This document shows positions 43,386-56,362 of a stretch of 64,000 nt of DNA, piece after piece. Position numbers and translations under genes: made by a program. The stretch is from NCBI GenBank assembly GCA_951406725.2, contig OX597828.1:47492001-47556000 (forward strand). Reading direction: 5' to 3'. How positions within the stretch are numbered: position 1 is the first letter of the stretch; the number at the start of each line of letters is the position of its first letter. The stretch is from Octopus vulgaris (Eukaryota). Below the pieces are notes generated by a model, which saw only the letters and a list, made by a program, of their open reading frames with translations, did not search any database and was not told the origin of the DNA.

Positions 43386-44163
43386 ATCCAAAAAGTATTA
43401 CAATAATTATCATTCTTCCTCTAAATATTTACTAATACTCTCTCTGTGTCTCCCTATCTCCTCCCTACTCCCTGTCCCCCCCTCTTTCTCTCTCTCTCTC
43501 TCTCTTTCTTTCTCTCTCACCCACTCTCTCTGTCTCTCACTAATCTCCCAACATCAACTATCAAGGACTTCGTTTTCTCTGAATAAAGTTTATTAACAAA
43601 CTATGTTTAGCTAATGCCTTTCACGTCTTTAAATTATCGCTCCAGGTAGAATGTTGTGTATGCGTGTGTGTTTTGTGTGTGTGTGTGTGTGTGTTTGTTT
43701 GTGGTTGTGTGTATGTATATGTTTTTATATATATATGTATGTGCACATATGCGTATATGTATATGTTTGCGTGTGTGCATATACATTATATCAATATATA
43801 GTATAAATATATGTGTGTATTCATGTGAATATTGTGTGTGCTTGTATGTAATCACACAGAAATTGAAATTAGAAGATAGGCGCGAATGCCTAGTTAGAAA
43901 TGAGGCGTACTTCACACAGCAAAACTTGACCTCTGATCTAAAATGAGGACTAATAAATTCATCTAAAACAACGGTAACACTACTCAACAAGAAATATCCA
44001 AGATTAACAACACTAGGAAAGTAACCATACCCCATAATGGAAAAGTACGTTAATCAGCTGGTTTAAAAACATTAATAAATATTATTGTAGTTTTGTTCCG
44101 TTTCACAATGTTGGTTTCCATTTTACGATCTCTCAACATCAACTCATCAACGCCCAACATAGA

Positions 44164-44552
44164 GAGAGAGAAGCACTCTGTCGGTTACGACGACACAGGT
44201 TCCGGTTGATCCGAATCAACGGAACAGCATGCTCGTGAAATTAACGTGTAAGTGGCTGAGCACTCCACAGACACGTGTACCCTTAACGTAGTTCTCGGGG
44301 ATATTCAGCGTGAGACAGAGAGTGACAAGGCAGGCCCTTTGAAATACAGGTACAACAGAAACAGGAAGTAAGAGTGAGAGAAAGTTGTGGTGAAAGAGTA
44401 CAGCAGGGATCACCACCATCCCCTGCCGGAGCCTCGTGGGGCTTTAGGTGTTTTCGCTCAATAAACACTCACAACGCCCGGTCTGGGAATCGAAACCGCG
44501 ATCCTATGACCGCGAGTCCGCTGCCCTAACCACTGGGCCATTGCGCCTCCAC
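44164..44552 (-). mobile_element. tRNA-derived SINE family C with 16-bp TSD
   Basis: Head gtggaggcgcaatggcccagtggttagggc..ggtttcgattccc; TSD caacgcccaacataga at 44148-44163 and 44553-44568. Confidence 0.9.
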
Positions 44553-45432
44553 CAACGCCCAACATAGATGACATAGAGAAAGAAATATTTATGCATCAAA
44601 GACAAACCTTGCTCTTCGATAATGATTCTGAATTTGATATTTGGTTCATAAATTATATCTCACAAATTTATTTATTCTTCACCATTCGATCACATGATAA
44701 AGGTGAGTAGGTTCATACAGATATACTTACACACACCTGCGCGCGCATGCACGCACATACCAACACCATCATGCCACACACAGTAGTAAAATGTCCATAT
44801 TATAACACTGTAACGCATTATGTTTGATGAGGTTTCTTCTGCATTGTAGGAGTGCATTCAGTTCCAGTATATCGTTCCCGACACACTAGAGAGCAGAGCA
44901 GATGTAAGCCGAAACGATCTTCATACTAAAGGCATTTTACCGTACAATCTGTCTTCCCTATCAATTATTAAAAATATACTAAGCGTGCACCGAGGATTTC
45001 CTTACGTAGATTTTGCGACTAAAGTACAGTACCGCGGATGACGCCTGGGAGCCGTATGTGATGAACGTCCTCTCAAGGCATGCTACTGGGGAGATACCCA
45101 AAACAAGTTTTATATACTACATTTTAAAATCTTCTATCTAAACTTCAATTTTAAACATAACCTACATGTATATACATATACGATGAAGTTTCGATTGACT
45201 AAAATTACCCAATATTTGCAAACTTTGAAGATAATTAACTTTCTAGTTAATAATGTGTACCAAAAATGAATTTCATTGCCATAATTAGCATAGAAAGCTA
45301 AATTGGTATAACCAAATTTGAAAACAGTTGTGACAAAATTGAAAAAACACGAAATCTGTGTCAGCACTCGAAAAGATCCTGTAAAACCAATGTTGGCCCC
45401 GAAAAATTCGGAGATATTTTTCAATCTACCAC

Positions 45433-45528
45433 CACTGCAAGAAACTCTTCAAGATAAACTGCATAACAGTTAAAAATGTACACTGCAAGAAACTCTTCAA
45501 GATAAACTGCATAACAGTTAAAAATGTA
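45433..45528. repeat. Exact 48-bp tandem duplication
   Basis: cactgcaagaaactcttcaagataaactgcataacagttaaaaatgta x2. Confidence 0.9.
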
Positions 45529-45971
45529 CTCCTTGATATATATACTCTGTATGTATACAAAACAACTCTATAATACAGGAGTTAACAATATCAAATGTCG
45601 TAAGCTGCACTTACTGAAACACCAATTTTTACACACAATAAATGAAGTAATGCCGAAGCTATAGTATATGGAGCTAAAGTCACTTCTTTCAAATCTAACC
45701 GAAGAATGAATCTAAGCACTATATTGGAATGACATAAGGCAAAGTCAGACACAGATAGTTTAACCATAATTTGTCCTTTTGGTATGCTGAATATAGAATC
45801 GCAACAATTTTGCCAAGTAAAATAGGATAGCAACAATTTTGGCCAATAAAATGACGCAAAAATGTTTTTGACGTTGAGTAATACAGGCCTATGTAAGTGA
45901 TATAAAAGTATGCCATTATTCACACTTAAGAAGAATTTCATATTGAAAAATCATCAAAATTTTCAGGAATT

Positions 45972-46396
45972 ACTCTTTTCTCTCTTTACTCTTTTACTTG
46001 TTTCAGTCATTTGACTGCGGCCATGCTGGAGCACCGCCTTTAGTCGAGCAAATCGACCCCGGGACTTATTCTTTGTAAGCCCAGTACTTATTCTATCGGT
46101 CTCTTTTGCCGAACCGCTAAGTGACGGAGACGTAAACACACCAGCATCGGTTGTCAAGCAATGCTAGGGGGACAAACACAGACACACAAACATATAAACA
46201 CACACTTATATATATATATATACATATATACGACAGGATTCTTTCAGTTTCCGTCTACCAAATCCACTCACAAGGCATTGGTCGGCCCGGGGCTATAGCA
46301 GAAGACACTTGCCCAAGATGTCACGCAGTGGGACTGAACCCGGAACCATGTGGTTGGTTAGCAAGCTACTTACCACACAGCCACTCCTGCGCCTAT
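45972..46396 (-). mobile_element. SINE B full length
   Basis: Near-identical to 88-516. Confidence 0.85.
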
Positions 46397-46604
46397 GTAA
46401 ATAAAATGCTTAAAATTTACATTGAGAGTCAATAATTCAACAAGTTCCTTCTAAACAGCAAACAATTCACACTACTTCTATATTAAACCTTTAAACTTTT
46501 CAGAAACCCTGATACCTGACCAAACTCCTATATATAAATTCTGGAAATTTACCTCATTCTGCTTCAACTATTTCTTAGCCTGATAATTCACATTAATATT
46601 AATT

Positions 46605-46800
46605 AATGCGCCGGGTAAAATGTTTAGCGGCGTTTCGTTCGTCCTTACGTTCTGAATTCAAATTCCATCGAGATCGCCTGTGCATTTCATTCTTTCGGGG
46701 TCGATAAAATAAGTACCAGTTGTGCACTGGGATCGATGTAATCGACTTACCCTCTCCCCTGAAAGTGCTGGCCTTGTGCCAAATTTTGAAACCGATATTA
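46605..46800 (+). mobile_element. SINE A variant, 5'-truncated
   Basis: Family A core. Confidence 0.65.
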
Positions 46801-47092
46801 ATTAACAACCTATGTGTTCCTATGACTTACTAAACTTCTTGTATGATAAATAGTATTTTATAAAATAATCCGTCCATAATTCCAGTACTAATAGAGGGGT
46901 AACACCGGCAGCTCACTAGGTTCCTTGTACAATACCCGACGTAATTCATACGAAATCGATCTTCCATCTGTGGAGATAAAAAGAGAAGATATTGTCCTTC
47001 CCTCTCAGAAGATAAATGTGATTTCGGCCGTTCACTGCACGGATTTATCTCCGCGGCATGTAATTGTTTTGACATTGGGTATATGTCTAGCA

Positions 47093-47410
47093 GTGGAGGC
47101 GCAATGGCCCAGTGGTTAGGGCAGCAGACTCGCGGTCATAGGATCGCGGTTTCGATTCCCAGACCGGGCGTTGTGAGTGTTTATTGAGCGAAAACACCTA
47201 AAGCCCCACGAGGCTCCGGCAGGGGATGGTGGTTATCCCTGCTGTACTCTTTCACCACAACTTTCTCTCACTCTTACTTCCTGTTTCTGTTGTACCTGTA
47301 TTTCAAGGGGCCTGCCTTGTCACTCTCTGTCTCACGCTGAATATCCCCGAGAACTACGTTAAGGGTGCACGTGTCTATGGAGTGCTCAGCCACTTACACG
47401 GAGTGCTTCC
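47093..47410 (+). mobile_element. SINE C with TSD and internal 3' deletion
   Basis: TSD atatgtctagca at 47081 and 47411; lacks about 68 bp between cacttacacg and gagtgcttcc. Confidence 0.9.
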
Positions 47411-47650
47411 ATATGTCTAGCAGTATGCCGTTTAGACTACCTGATGTTACGATATAATTGTCGCTGGATCTACGTCAGGAATTCTGAGTGCTGGTGAGAT
47501 TATAAGGAATGAAGGAAACGGAAAATGGATTAAGCAAGAATCTTTATTCAACACAACGGTCCATTTTCCGTTTCCCTCGTTCATTATGTATATATGTATA
47601 TGTATTTGTATGTATGTATTTATTTATGTATGCATGCATGTGTATGTATG

Positions 47651-47684
<34 letters not shown>

Positions 47685-47849
47685 TGTATGTATGTATGTA
47701 TGTATGTATGTATGTATGTATGTATGCATGCATGCATACATGTATGTATATATGTATGTATGCATGCATGCATGTATGTATATATGTATGTATGCATGTA
47801 TGTATATATGTATGTATGCATGCATGTATATATGTATGTATGTATGTAT

Positions 47850-48194
47850 GCATCACCATCCAACATCACCATCAAAATACAGGTCCAGATACTGCAACAG
47901 CTTGGGTTTCAGAGGACCACAGCTCTTTAACATCCTCCCTAAATGCCTGAGAGACTTACATGGTGTGGATGTGGGTTTCTTTAAAACTAAACTGGATCTC
48001 TTCTTGTTGGGAGTCCCAGATGAACCTACCTCATGACAGGAGACACGGATGCGGGCAGCAGCATCGAACTCCCTTGTTGATCAAGTGCCACGTATCAGAG
48101 GTGGATTCACAAACTAGTGTAGCTCATTCAGCGGTGGTGCCCCAGCATGGCCGCGGCCTTCGGGCTAAAACATTTTTAAGGATTTAAGGATTTA
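47850..48194 (+). mobile_element. CR1-group LINE 3' end
   Basis: SLGFRGPQLFNILPKCLRDLHGVDVGFFKTKLDLFLLGVPDEPTS; tail ggtgccccagcatggccgcggc...(tttaagga)2. Confidence 0.8.
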
Positions 48195-48453
48195 TGTATG
48201 TATGTATGTATGTATGTATGCGTATGTATGTATGTATGTATGCATGTATGTATGTATATATGTACGTATATAAGAAGTAAACGGTATTAATAAATTCAGG
48301 CAGATATCTAGAAGCACTCAGTATTAACCTTTTTTCTTTAAATATGCTGACACAAGAGAAACGATCGTCAGCAATGTGAGGTGTAAACGTCAATTAAAGA
48401 TGCGATTTTCTCCACTCTTGTTCATGTTGCTATTACATACATCTATATATATA

Positions 48454-48486
<33 letters not shown>

Positions 48487-48661
48487 TAGAGAAAGAGAAG
48501 AAGTTATTGATATTTTAGAGATGCCATTACATACGTTTCATTTAAAATCAAATCAATTACAGATCCTTTCCTCGGATGGAATATATCGAAATATAAAACC
48601 GATGGTAATATTGTCTTTATATGTGTTTATTTATGTGTGCACGTACGCGTGTATGTGCATG

Positions 48662-48705
<44 letters not shown>

Positions 48706-49480
48706 ATAAATTGATAAATAACAACAAACAAATACTGATAAAAGGACTCAAAACTGGAGGTAGAGTCAAATTTATTATATGTAAGAGTTGTCAGTAACTT
48801 CATGTTTCTCCCCACTGGCCTCGTTAATACGATGAAGAAAAAATGTACTCTATGCATGCAGCACGTGTGTATGTGTATAAATGTGCTATTATACACTGGG
48901 AGGGTCATTTTAGCAATAAAAACTCATGCACTGGTTATATTTCATTCTTTTTATGATTATCAGTCATCTAATCAACTGATTAAGGAATCAGTTGGTTGAT
49001 CATTGTTTTGCTTCAATATAATCCTTTCGTTGCAGTCCACGATGTATCCTTATCAGCTCCATTTGCCTTCAAGCGGATTTTATTGGCAAAATTACCTTCC
49101 CAAGGTATAACAACAATTTCAACTCACAATTTCCCATCAAGAGTCTTCCCCCCAAAATAAAAAAAGTTATATCTGTCTATGTATGTATGTACATATGAAT
49201 GTATGTATGTATGTAGGGAATGGCATTGAACATTTTGGGGATCTTTGGTTTGTGCTAGAGATCACGGCGCTCCCACATCCCTGAGCCTGCGACTCATATT
49301 GGCATCAGACATCTTGCTGCGCTTGTCTCTGGATAATGTCAATAGAGTGGAGAGGGTCTATGAGGTGTTGTGCAAGCCTTATTGGACCTAAAACTCTGCA
49401 CAGGCATTGCCGACCTTTTTTTTTCCTATATCTATGTATGTATGTATGTATGTATGTATGTATGTATGTATGTATGTATG

Positions 49481-49512
<32 letters not shown>

Positions 49513-50511
49513 CTCCAGGATAGCTTTGATCGAGTATAGTCTTAGAAAGTGCCCCAGGCGTGACTGTCTAGTCTTTTCACAGATACGCAGGGGTACGTTA
49601 GTTATTGTCTCTTTCATTATTGCAGATGGCAAGATGTAGTTTGAAGGAGATTTGGTAACTTTTTCTAAATGTTCCTTCGTTAACTTGTTGCCTATGATAG
49701 TCTAGTTAGTTGTTTGATGTCCAGTATATGCAGTTTTTAATCGAACTTCATTCTAGAATCACGCTAGGCGTGGTCAGCTCATATGTACTATTGACCCTTT
49801 AGTTTTCAGGTTACTCAGTGAAATTTAAAGCTTATTTATTCACAGTTTTGAATTTATCATGCATTACCTTGTAGCTTCGGGATTTCGATGCAGTGATTGC
49901 TTACTATTAGCATGCTATCATAGGATTGGTGTGAGAAGCCTGAACGAAGGTAGAACATCTGCGTATGATTTGGTTTAAATGCTATGTAGACCAGAGTATT
50001 TAAGAGCTCTGAAAATCTGGCCGACCACATTTTTAAAGATATGTATGAAGATTTTTGTTGTTGAATATTGATGAATTCACAGGGGAATAATTCTTTCTTT
50101 GATTATTGTAGCTGATTTTTTTTTTTTTTTTTTTTTGCATTTATTCATACAATTTCATTCTTGTTCTTTCATTGTCCTTGTTGTTAACTTTCTTGACGAG
50201 GGGAGAACTTGTGACTTCTAGTGTTGCTGACTCTGTTGCTGTTGTTTTTTGTGGTCATTTTTGTTATTGTTTTTGTTGCTGTTTATCCCCAAGTCAACCT
50301 AGGAAGAGCAGGCATATGACAAATGCTGCATCTGATCAAACGCCTGGGTTAGACTCACAGATAGATTCGTTAATCCGATTTTGTCTTCTCGTGAACCACA
50401 GTATGTACTCCACAGTACAGTGATTCATTAAATGGTTGTACCAGTAATATAGTGAGTTCTTTTTTAAACATCTTGCACTTACCTTTTCTACTCATAAATT
50501 TCTTATAAGAC

Positions 50512-50903
50512 GTGGAGGCGCAATGGCCCAGTGGTTAGGGGGCAGCAAACTCGCGGTCGTAGGATCGCGGTTTCGATTCCCAGACCGGGCGTTGTGAGTG
50601 TTTATTGAGCGAAAACACCAAAAGCTCCACGAGGCTCCGGCAGGGGGTGGTGGTGAACCCTGCTGTACTCTTTCACCACAACTTTCTCTCATTCTTACTT
50701 CCTGTTTCTGTTGTACCTGTATTTCAAAGGGCCGGCTTTGTCACTCTCTGTGTCACGCTGAATATCCCCGAGAACTACGTTAAGGGTACACGTGTCTGTG
50801 GAGTGCTCGGCCACTTACACGTTAATTTCACGAGCAGGCTGTTCCGTTGATCGGATCAACCGGAACCCTCGTCGCCGTAACCGACGGAGTGCTTCCATCC
50901 CCA
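50512..50903 (+). mobile_element. SINE C full length with 10-bp TSD
   Basis: TSD tcttataaga at 50501-50510 and 50904-50913. Confidence 0.9.
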
Positions 50904-51219
50904 TCTTATAAGAATTCGTTATTTATTATTTGTTCTATCATATCATCGAAGAAGATTATTTCAAATTCACTTGTCTGTCACAACTGCTGGCAATAACATG
51001 AATAAATAAGGTCTTCCTTGAATTGCAGATAGGCCACGAATACGTAGATAAGCCGGGATAATATAAAAATGTTTCTGCGAGTGAGAGATGTCAACTGCAT
51101 CAACCAACTAATAAAATCTATTCTACATTGCCAAACGAATAATAAAGATAATTACAAAGAAAATTGGATTCGAAAATTGGTTCCGTTAAGATATATCTGG
51201 ATTCTTCCATTATCTTTTA

Positions 51220-51571
51220 TTCGTTTCAGCCATTAAGCTGCATCCATATTGCGGTACCACCTTGAAAAGTTTTTTTAGACAAATGAATCGACCACAGAAC
51301 TTAGCATCTTTTTTGAAGGCCTGGTACTTATTCTATCATTCGTTTTGCCGAACCGCTAAGACAGACACACACAAACACAGACAGACAGACACTCACACGC
51401 ACGCACATATATGTGCGACGGGATTCTTTCAGTTTCCGTCTGCCAAATCCACTCAAAAGGCCTTGGTTGGCTCAAGGCTATAGCAGAATCCCAACGTTTC
51501 ACGCAGTAGGACTGAACCCGGAACAGTATGGTTGGGAAGCAAGCTTCTTACCACACAGCCACACCTGCGCC
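51220..51571 (-). mobile_element. SINE B, degenerate
   Basis: Head and tail homology with deletions. Confidence 0.65.
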
Positions 51572-52038
51572 AAAAGTTGTTTGTGTTATTTTTTTCTACA
51601 AATTAATTGCCATGTGGCTTTTAAATGTTTCGTGTTCAAATCACACGAAATCATCGTAATAAAATAAGAAGCTTTTTTTAATGTGTGTGAGGGTGTAAGA
51701 GAGACGGAGGGCGGTGGGGTTTGTTATTAGGGATAGTATTTGTATTTCATTTCTGGTATTTCTTTAAATACATTACACTGACTGTCAGTTTCTTATATAG
51801 TGCGAGCGGGGGTGTTCACCTTTGGCGATGAGTACAAATAGTTCAAAACCGTACGGTCCGGTGATCCCGTCATCTACTAAAAGATGGTAGGGGTTCGCTC
51901 TCCCCTTCTTGCAATATATTTCGGGTGCAGAAAGCATCGATAACCAGCTGAAGGAGGCTCTTCTTGGGGTTAAAGACGGTAGTATCATCGATTCCTACAA
52001 AACAGCCATATTGATGTGGCGATGAACATCATTTATTG

Positions 52039-52075
<37 letters not shown>

Positions 52076-52142
52076 TGTGTGTGTGCGTGCGTGCGTGCGT
52101 GTGTGTGTGTGTGTGTGTGCGCGTGTGTGTGTGTGTGTGTGC

Positions 52143-52181
<39 letters not shown>

Positions 52182-52186
52182 CGTGC

Positions 52187-52239
<53 letters not shown>

Positions 52240-52293
52240 TGTGTGTCTGTGTGTCTGTGTGTCTGTGTGTGTGTATGTATCATGATTAACATT

Positions 52294-52528
52294 GAAGGCA
52301 GCGAGCTGGCAGAAACGTTAGCACGCCAGGCGAAATGCTTAGCGGCATTTCGTCTGCCGCTACGTTCTGAGTTCAAATTCCGCCGAGGCCGACTTTGCCT
52401 TTCATCCTTTCGGAGTCGATAAATTAAGTACCAGTTATGCACTGGGGTCGATGTGATCGACTTAATCCCTTTGTCTGTCCTTGTTTGTCCCTTCTATGTT
52501 TAGCCCCTTGAGGGCAATAAAGAAATAA
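52294..52528 (+). mobile_element. SINE A full length with 10-bp TSD
   Basis: TSD gattaacatt at 52284-52293 and 52529-52538. Confidence 0.85.
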
Positions 52529-53073
52529 GATTAACATTCATGGTCACTTTGAAGTTTCGTCCAGCTAAGCCATCGTCAGACGGACAACTTAGCTGGCCAA
52601 AACGTCGAAGTCACTATCAACACGATCTTTGATAAAGAATCATAAGTTTGTACTCTACAAAACATATTGAGTAATCTTTCAATCTAATGTAAAATATTTA
52701 TTATAACTTAACACTACATATGTATGTTGTGTGTGTGTGTGTGTGTGCATGCGTGTGTGCGTGCGTGTACATGCGCGTGCATGTTTATTAACGGTGTGAG
52801 ATTTGCGTAGCCTGTAATATTCTCGATGATTTGGGATAAACATTAATTCCGACTGATTTGAGTTACTTAACTACAATGATTTAAATTAGTTTGCTGTAAT
52901 ACTATATAACATACATGAGTTTAAAAACATGATTAAGTCAGCTTTTAAATATGTTGGATATATACTGTATGTTTTGTACATTATCTCATTTGTATAAATA
53001 TGTGTGTATATATATCTATACCTATATATATGTGTGTGTGTGTATGTATATATATATATATATATCTTTTAAT

Positions 53074-53282
53074 CTTTTACTTGTTTCAGTCATATGACTG
53101 CGGCCATGCTGGAGCACCGCCTTTAATCGAGCAACTCGACTCCGGGACTTATTCTTTTGTAAGCCCAGTACTTATTCTATCGGTCTCTTTTGCCAAACCG
53201 CTAAGTAACGGGGACATAAACACACCAGCATTGGTTGTCAAGCAATGCTAGGGGGACAAACACAGACACACAAGCACACACA

Positions 53283-53320
<38 letters not shown>

Positions 53321-53482
53321 TACGACGGGCTTTTTTCAGTTTCCGTCTACCAAATCCACTCATAAGGCTTTGGTCGGCCCGAGGCTATAGTAGAAGACAC
53401 TTGCCGTAGGTGCCACGCAGTGGGACTGAACCCGAAAACCGTGTGGTTGGTAAACAAGCTACTTACCACACAACCACTCCTG
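53074..53482 (-). mobile_element. SINE B full length
   Basis: Near-identical to 88-516. Confidence 0.85.
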
Positions 53483-53512
53483 ATATATATACATATATAT
53501 AACATTTATATA

Positions 53513-53795
53513 ACGGAGTGGGGTGAACGATGTGGTCGCAGAATACCGAAAGTACAAGTTCCACTGGAACGAACATTTCGGAAGATACACAGACAACAGT
53601 TAGACACGTCCAGTTGCCGAGTGGTATCCAAGAAATCGAGAAAAGCCACTTGGAAAGACAGCACGATAATGGGAAGACGATTTAGTTAAGCAATTTGAGT
53701 CAAGATGGAAAAGAATGGCGCAATCAAGAGGGAATTGAAAGCACATTGTGATCAGCGGTGTATAACATGTGATGGTCTGGTCGTTACTGTGATAC
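53513..53795 (+). mobile_element. RTE-clade LINE 3' remnant
   Basis: KFHWNEHFGRYTDN..TRPVAEWYPRNREKPLGK..WEDD...WKRMAQSR resembles the RTE C-terminus. Confidence 0.65.
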
Positions 53796-54342
53796 TGTGT
53801 TTTGTATATACACCTTTATAGATCTTATGTCTATTGGTAAACTAATATATAGTCATACATAACTATTGCTTTTACTTAGTTTGTATATAACTACAGAGAA
53901 TTCTAATTTGTAGTCAATATGATATAAGTAACAGATATCTAAAAGAATTGGAGCCTATAATTTCTATAAGTATGTACATATACATATACACACATACACA
54001 CACATATACTACATATATATAGATATGTATATATATATACACATGCATATATATATACATGTATTTATATGTGTATGTCTGTATATATGTGCGTGCACAT
54101 ACATATAAATGTGTGTATGTGTATGTGCTCGTGTGGGAGTGTTTATTTGTATTTGTGCACGCGTGCGTGTGTGTGTGTGTGGATGTATGTGTGTGGGTGA
54201 GTGTGTATTTGTATACGTGTACAAGGGCGCGCGCGCGCGTGTGTGTGTACGCGCATGCGTCTGTCTTAGCAAATTAGCGCTAATCTATTTAACTTCTTAA
54301 GCAATATGGCGTCGGTCAATCGACCAACGCGTGTTGACGCCA

Positions 54343-54822
54343 TCACGAATTCTTCTCTAAGCTTTCATTATATTCCTTGGCCTTCATACGGAGAACCGCA
54401 ATACTCGACTGCCTCGAATCTTGTTCTGTGTCTTGGTATATCGATGACATGAGGGCATCACTGGCGCGGCAAACTGGGAAACAGGATCGTAGGGCCGGTG
54501 TAACAAACGAAGAAGAAGGGGCCAGAGCGGGCAAGGGGCCTTGAATGTGTGACTGGAGATGAGCTTGAGCGGCAAACAAGGACGGTATAGTGGACAAGAA
54601 TCTTGCTGAATCGGCCGAACTAAGCGGAAGAGATAACCAGGTTTCTAGTGGGAAAAGTCCAGCTCTGTAAGTGGCAGCTGAGGATGAAGGAGACATGATG
54701 GCAGCGGGGCCAAGAAAATGCATCGGCATAGGAGCAGTGGCGGGAGCGTCGGATAACTTCAGTGTGTTGTTCTCCAGTTTCTCCTGGCGGCGCCATTTTG
54801 CTCGTCGGTTCTGGAACCAAAC
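54343..54822 (-). CDS. Rx: Retinal homeobox (Rx/rax) terminal coding exon, 159 aa + stop; upstream exons are outside the window (>64000)
   Basis: Minus strand reads tttcag|GTT TGG TTC CAG AAC CGA CGA GCA AAA TGG CGC CGC CAG GAG = VWFQNRRAKWRRQEKLENNTLKLSD... The phase-0 acceptor is at the conserved paired-class intron position before VWFQN (Q50). The frame is continuous with ORF 54343..54729, which has PLETWL (vertebrate RAX PLESWL) and the OAR motif DSRQSSIAVLRMKAKEY. TGA at 54343-54345. Confidence 0.93.
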   Translation of the reverse strand, partial: VWFQNRRAKWRRQEKLENNTLKLSDAPATAPMPMHFLGPAAIMSPSSSAATYRAGLFPLETWLSLPLSSADSARFLSTIPSLFAAQAHLQSHIQGPLPALAPSSSFVTPALRSCFPVCRASDALMSSIYQDTEQDSRQSSIAVLRMKAKEYNESLEKNS

Positions 54823-54953
54823 CTGAAATGCAAGATTGACACGAATATAGTGATTAGAAGAAGAAGAAGAAGAAGAAGAAGAAGAAGAAGAAGAAGAAGA
54901 AGAAGAAGAAGAAGAAGAAGAAGAAGAAGAAGAAGAAGAAGAAGAAGAAGAAG
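54823..54953 (-). promoter_or_regulatory. 3' splice-site region of the Rx last intron (acceptor CAG, branch-point-like CTAAT, (CTT)n tract)
   Basis: CAG at 54823-54825, ttCTAATc about 30 nt upstream (54852-54856), and a pure (CTT)n pyrimidine run at 54857-54953 on the minus strand. Confidence 0.6.
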
Positions 54954-55117
54954 ATAACGATGATGATGATGATGTGCTGTTTTCGAACCGCGTAGAACCT
55001 CATGGGGTCACGTAAAGGAGGTTGTTAAGAGTTATGGTAAACTTGCGTGCTTGTGTACCATAATATATATATATATACATATTATGTATTAGATATAAAT
55101 ACATACATACTTACATT

Positions 55118-55152
<35 letters not shown>

Positions 55153-55159
55153 TATATAT

Positions 55160-55332
<173 letters not shown>

Positions 55333-55358
55333 CACATACACACACAAACACACACACG

Positions 55359-55399
<41 letters not shown>

Positions 55400-55966
55400 T
55401 GTATATATATGTACACACAGACATACATACCAAATGATATGGACCGTGATTATTAGCTCGGTAGCTTCTAGTATGTAATTGACAAGCAGTTTACACCGTA
55501 GTAACATTCGTCAATTAATTGCTTAATCAATTTCAATTGCAGCTTATTCTATTATATCATAACATGATAACCATCGGATGCGCTCGTGTGTGACGTAATG
55601 CATGAATTATGAATAAAACACCTTGCTATAGTAACATATGTTGCATATATTTATTTATTTAATTGCTATTGTCCCTTCATCACATATTATGTTTGTGTAT
55701 GTTCTTCATTAGATTTATTCAACCATTCATTGAACAAAGATCGATAAAGTTAGTACCAATTTAAGTGTTCGTATTTATATAGAGATCGAACGAGAGCGTA
55801 CTCAATAAGGGTGGTAGAATGCATAATTCAGAGCGATTTATGAGATTTCTCTTCTTTTTTTACATCTGCCTCTTCCTACCAGATGCTGTGGCCATACTGG
55901 GGCAATGTCATTACTAAGAATGAACAAGCTCCATCCTCTTTACTGATAATCAAAAATCAGTTGAAT

Positions 55967-56362
55967 AGGAGTGGCTGTGTGGTAAGTAGCTTGCTTACCA
56001 ACCACATGGTTCTGGGTTCAGTCCCACAGCGTGGCATCTTGGGCAAGTGTCTTCTACTTTAGCCTCGGACCGACCAAAGTTTTATGAGTGGGTTTGGTAG
56101 ACGGAAACTGAAAGAAGTCCGTCGTATATATGTATATATATATATGTATATGTGTGTCTCTGTTTGTCCCCCTAGCATAGCTTGACAACCGATGCTGGTG
56201 TGTTTACGTCCCAGTAACTTAGCGGTTCGGCAAAAGAAACCGATAGAATAAGTACTAGGCTTACAAAGAATAAGTCCCGGGGTCGATTTGCACGACTAAA
56301 GGCGGTGCTCCGGCACGACCACAGTCAAATGACTGAAACAAGTAAAAGAGTAAAAAAAAGAG
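55967..56362 (+). mobile_element. SINE B full length
   Basis: aggagtggctgtgtggtaagtagc...gactgaaacaagtaaaagag. Confidence 0.85.

Noticed and set aside
47093-47170. tRNA gene
   Set aside because: It is the tRNA-derived head of SINE C; it continues into the SINE body and has TSDs
54142-54147. AATAAA (minus) as the Rx poly(A) signal
   Set aside because: It lies within low-complexity sequence and cannot be distinguished from chance without 3'-end data
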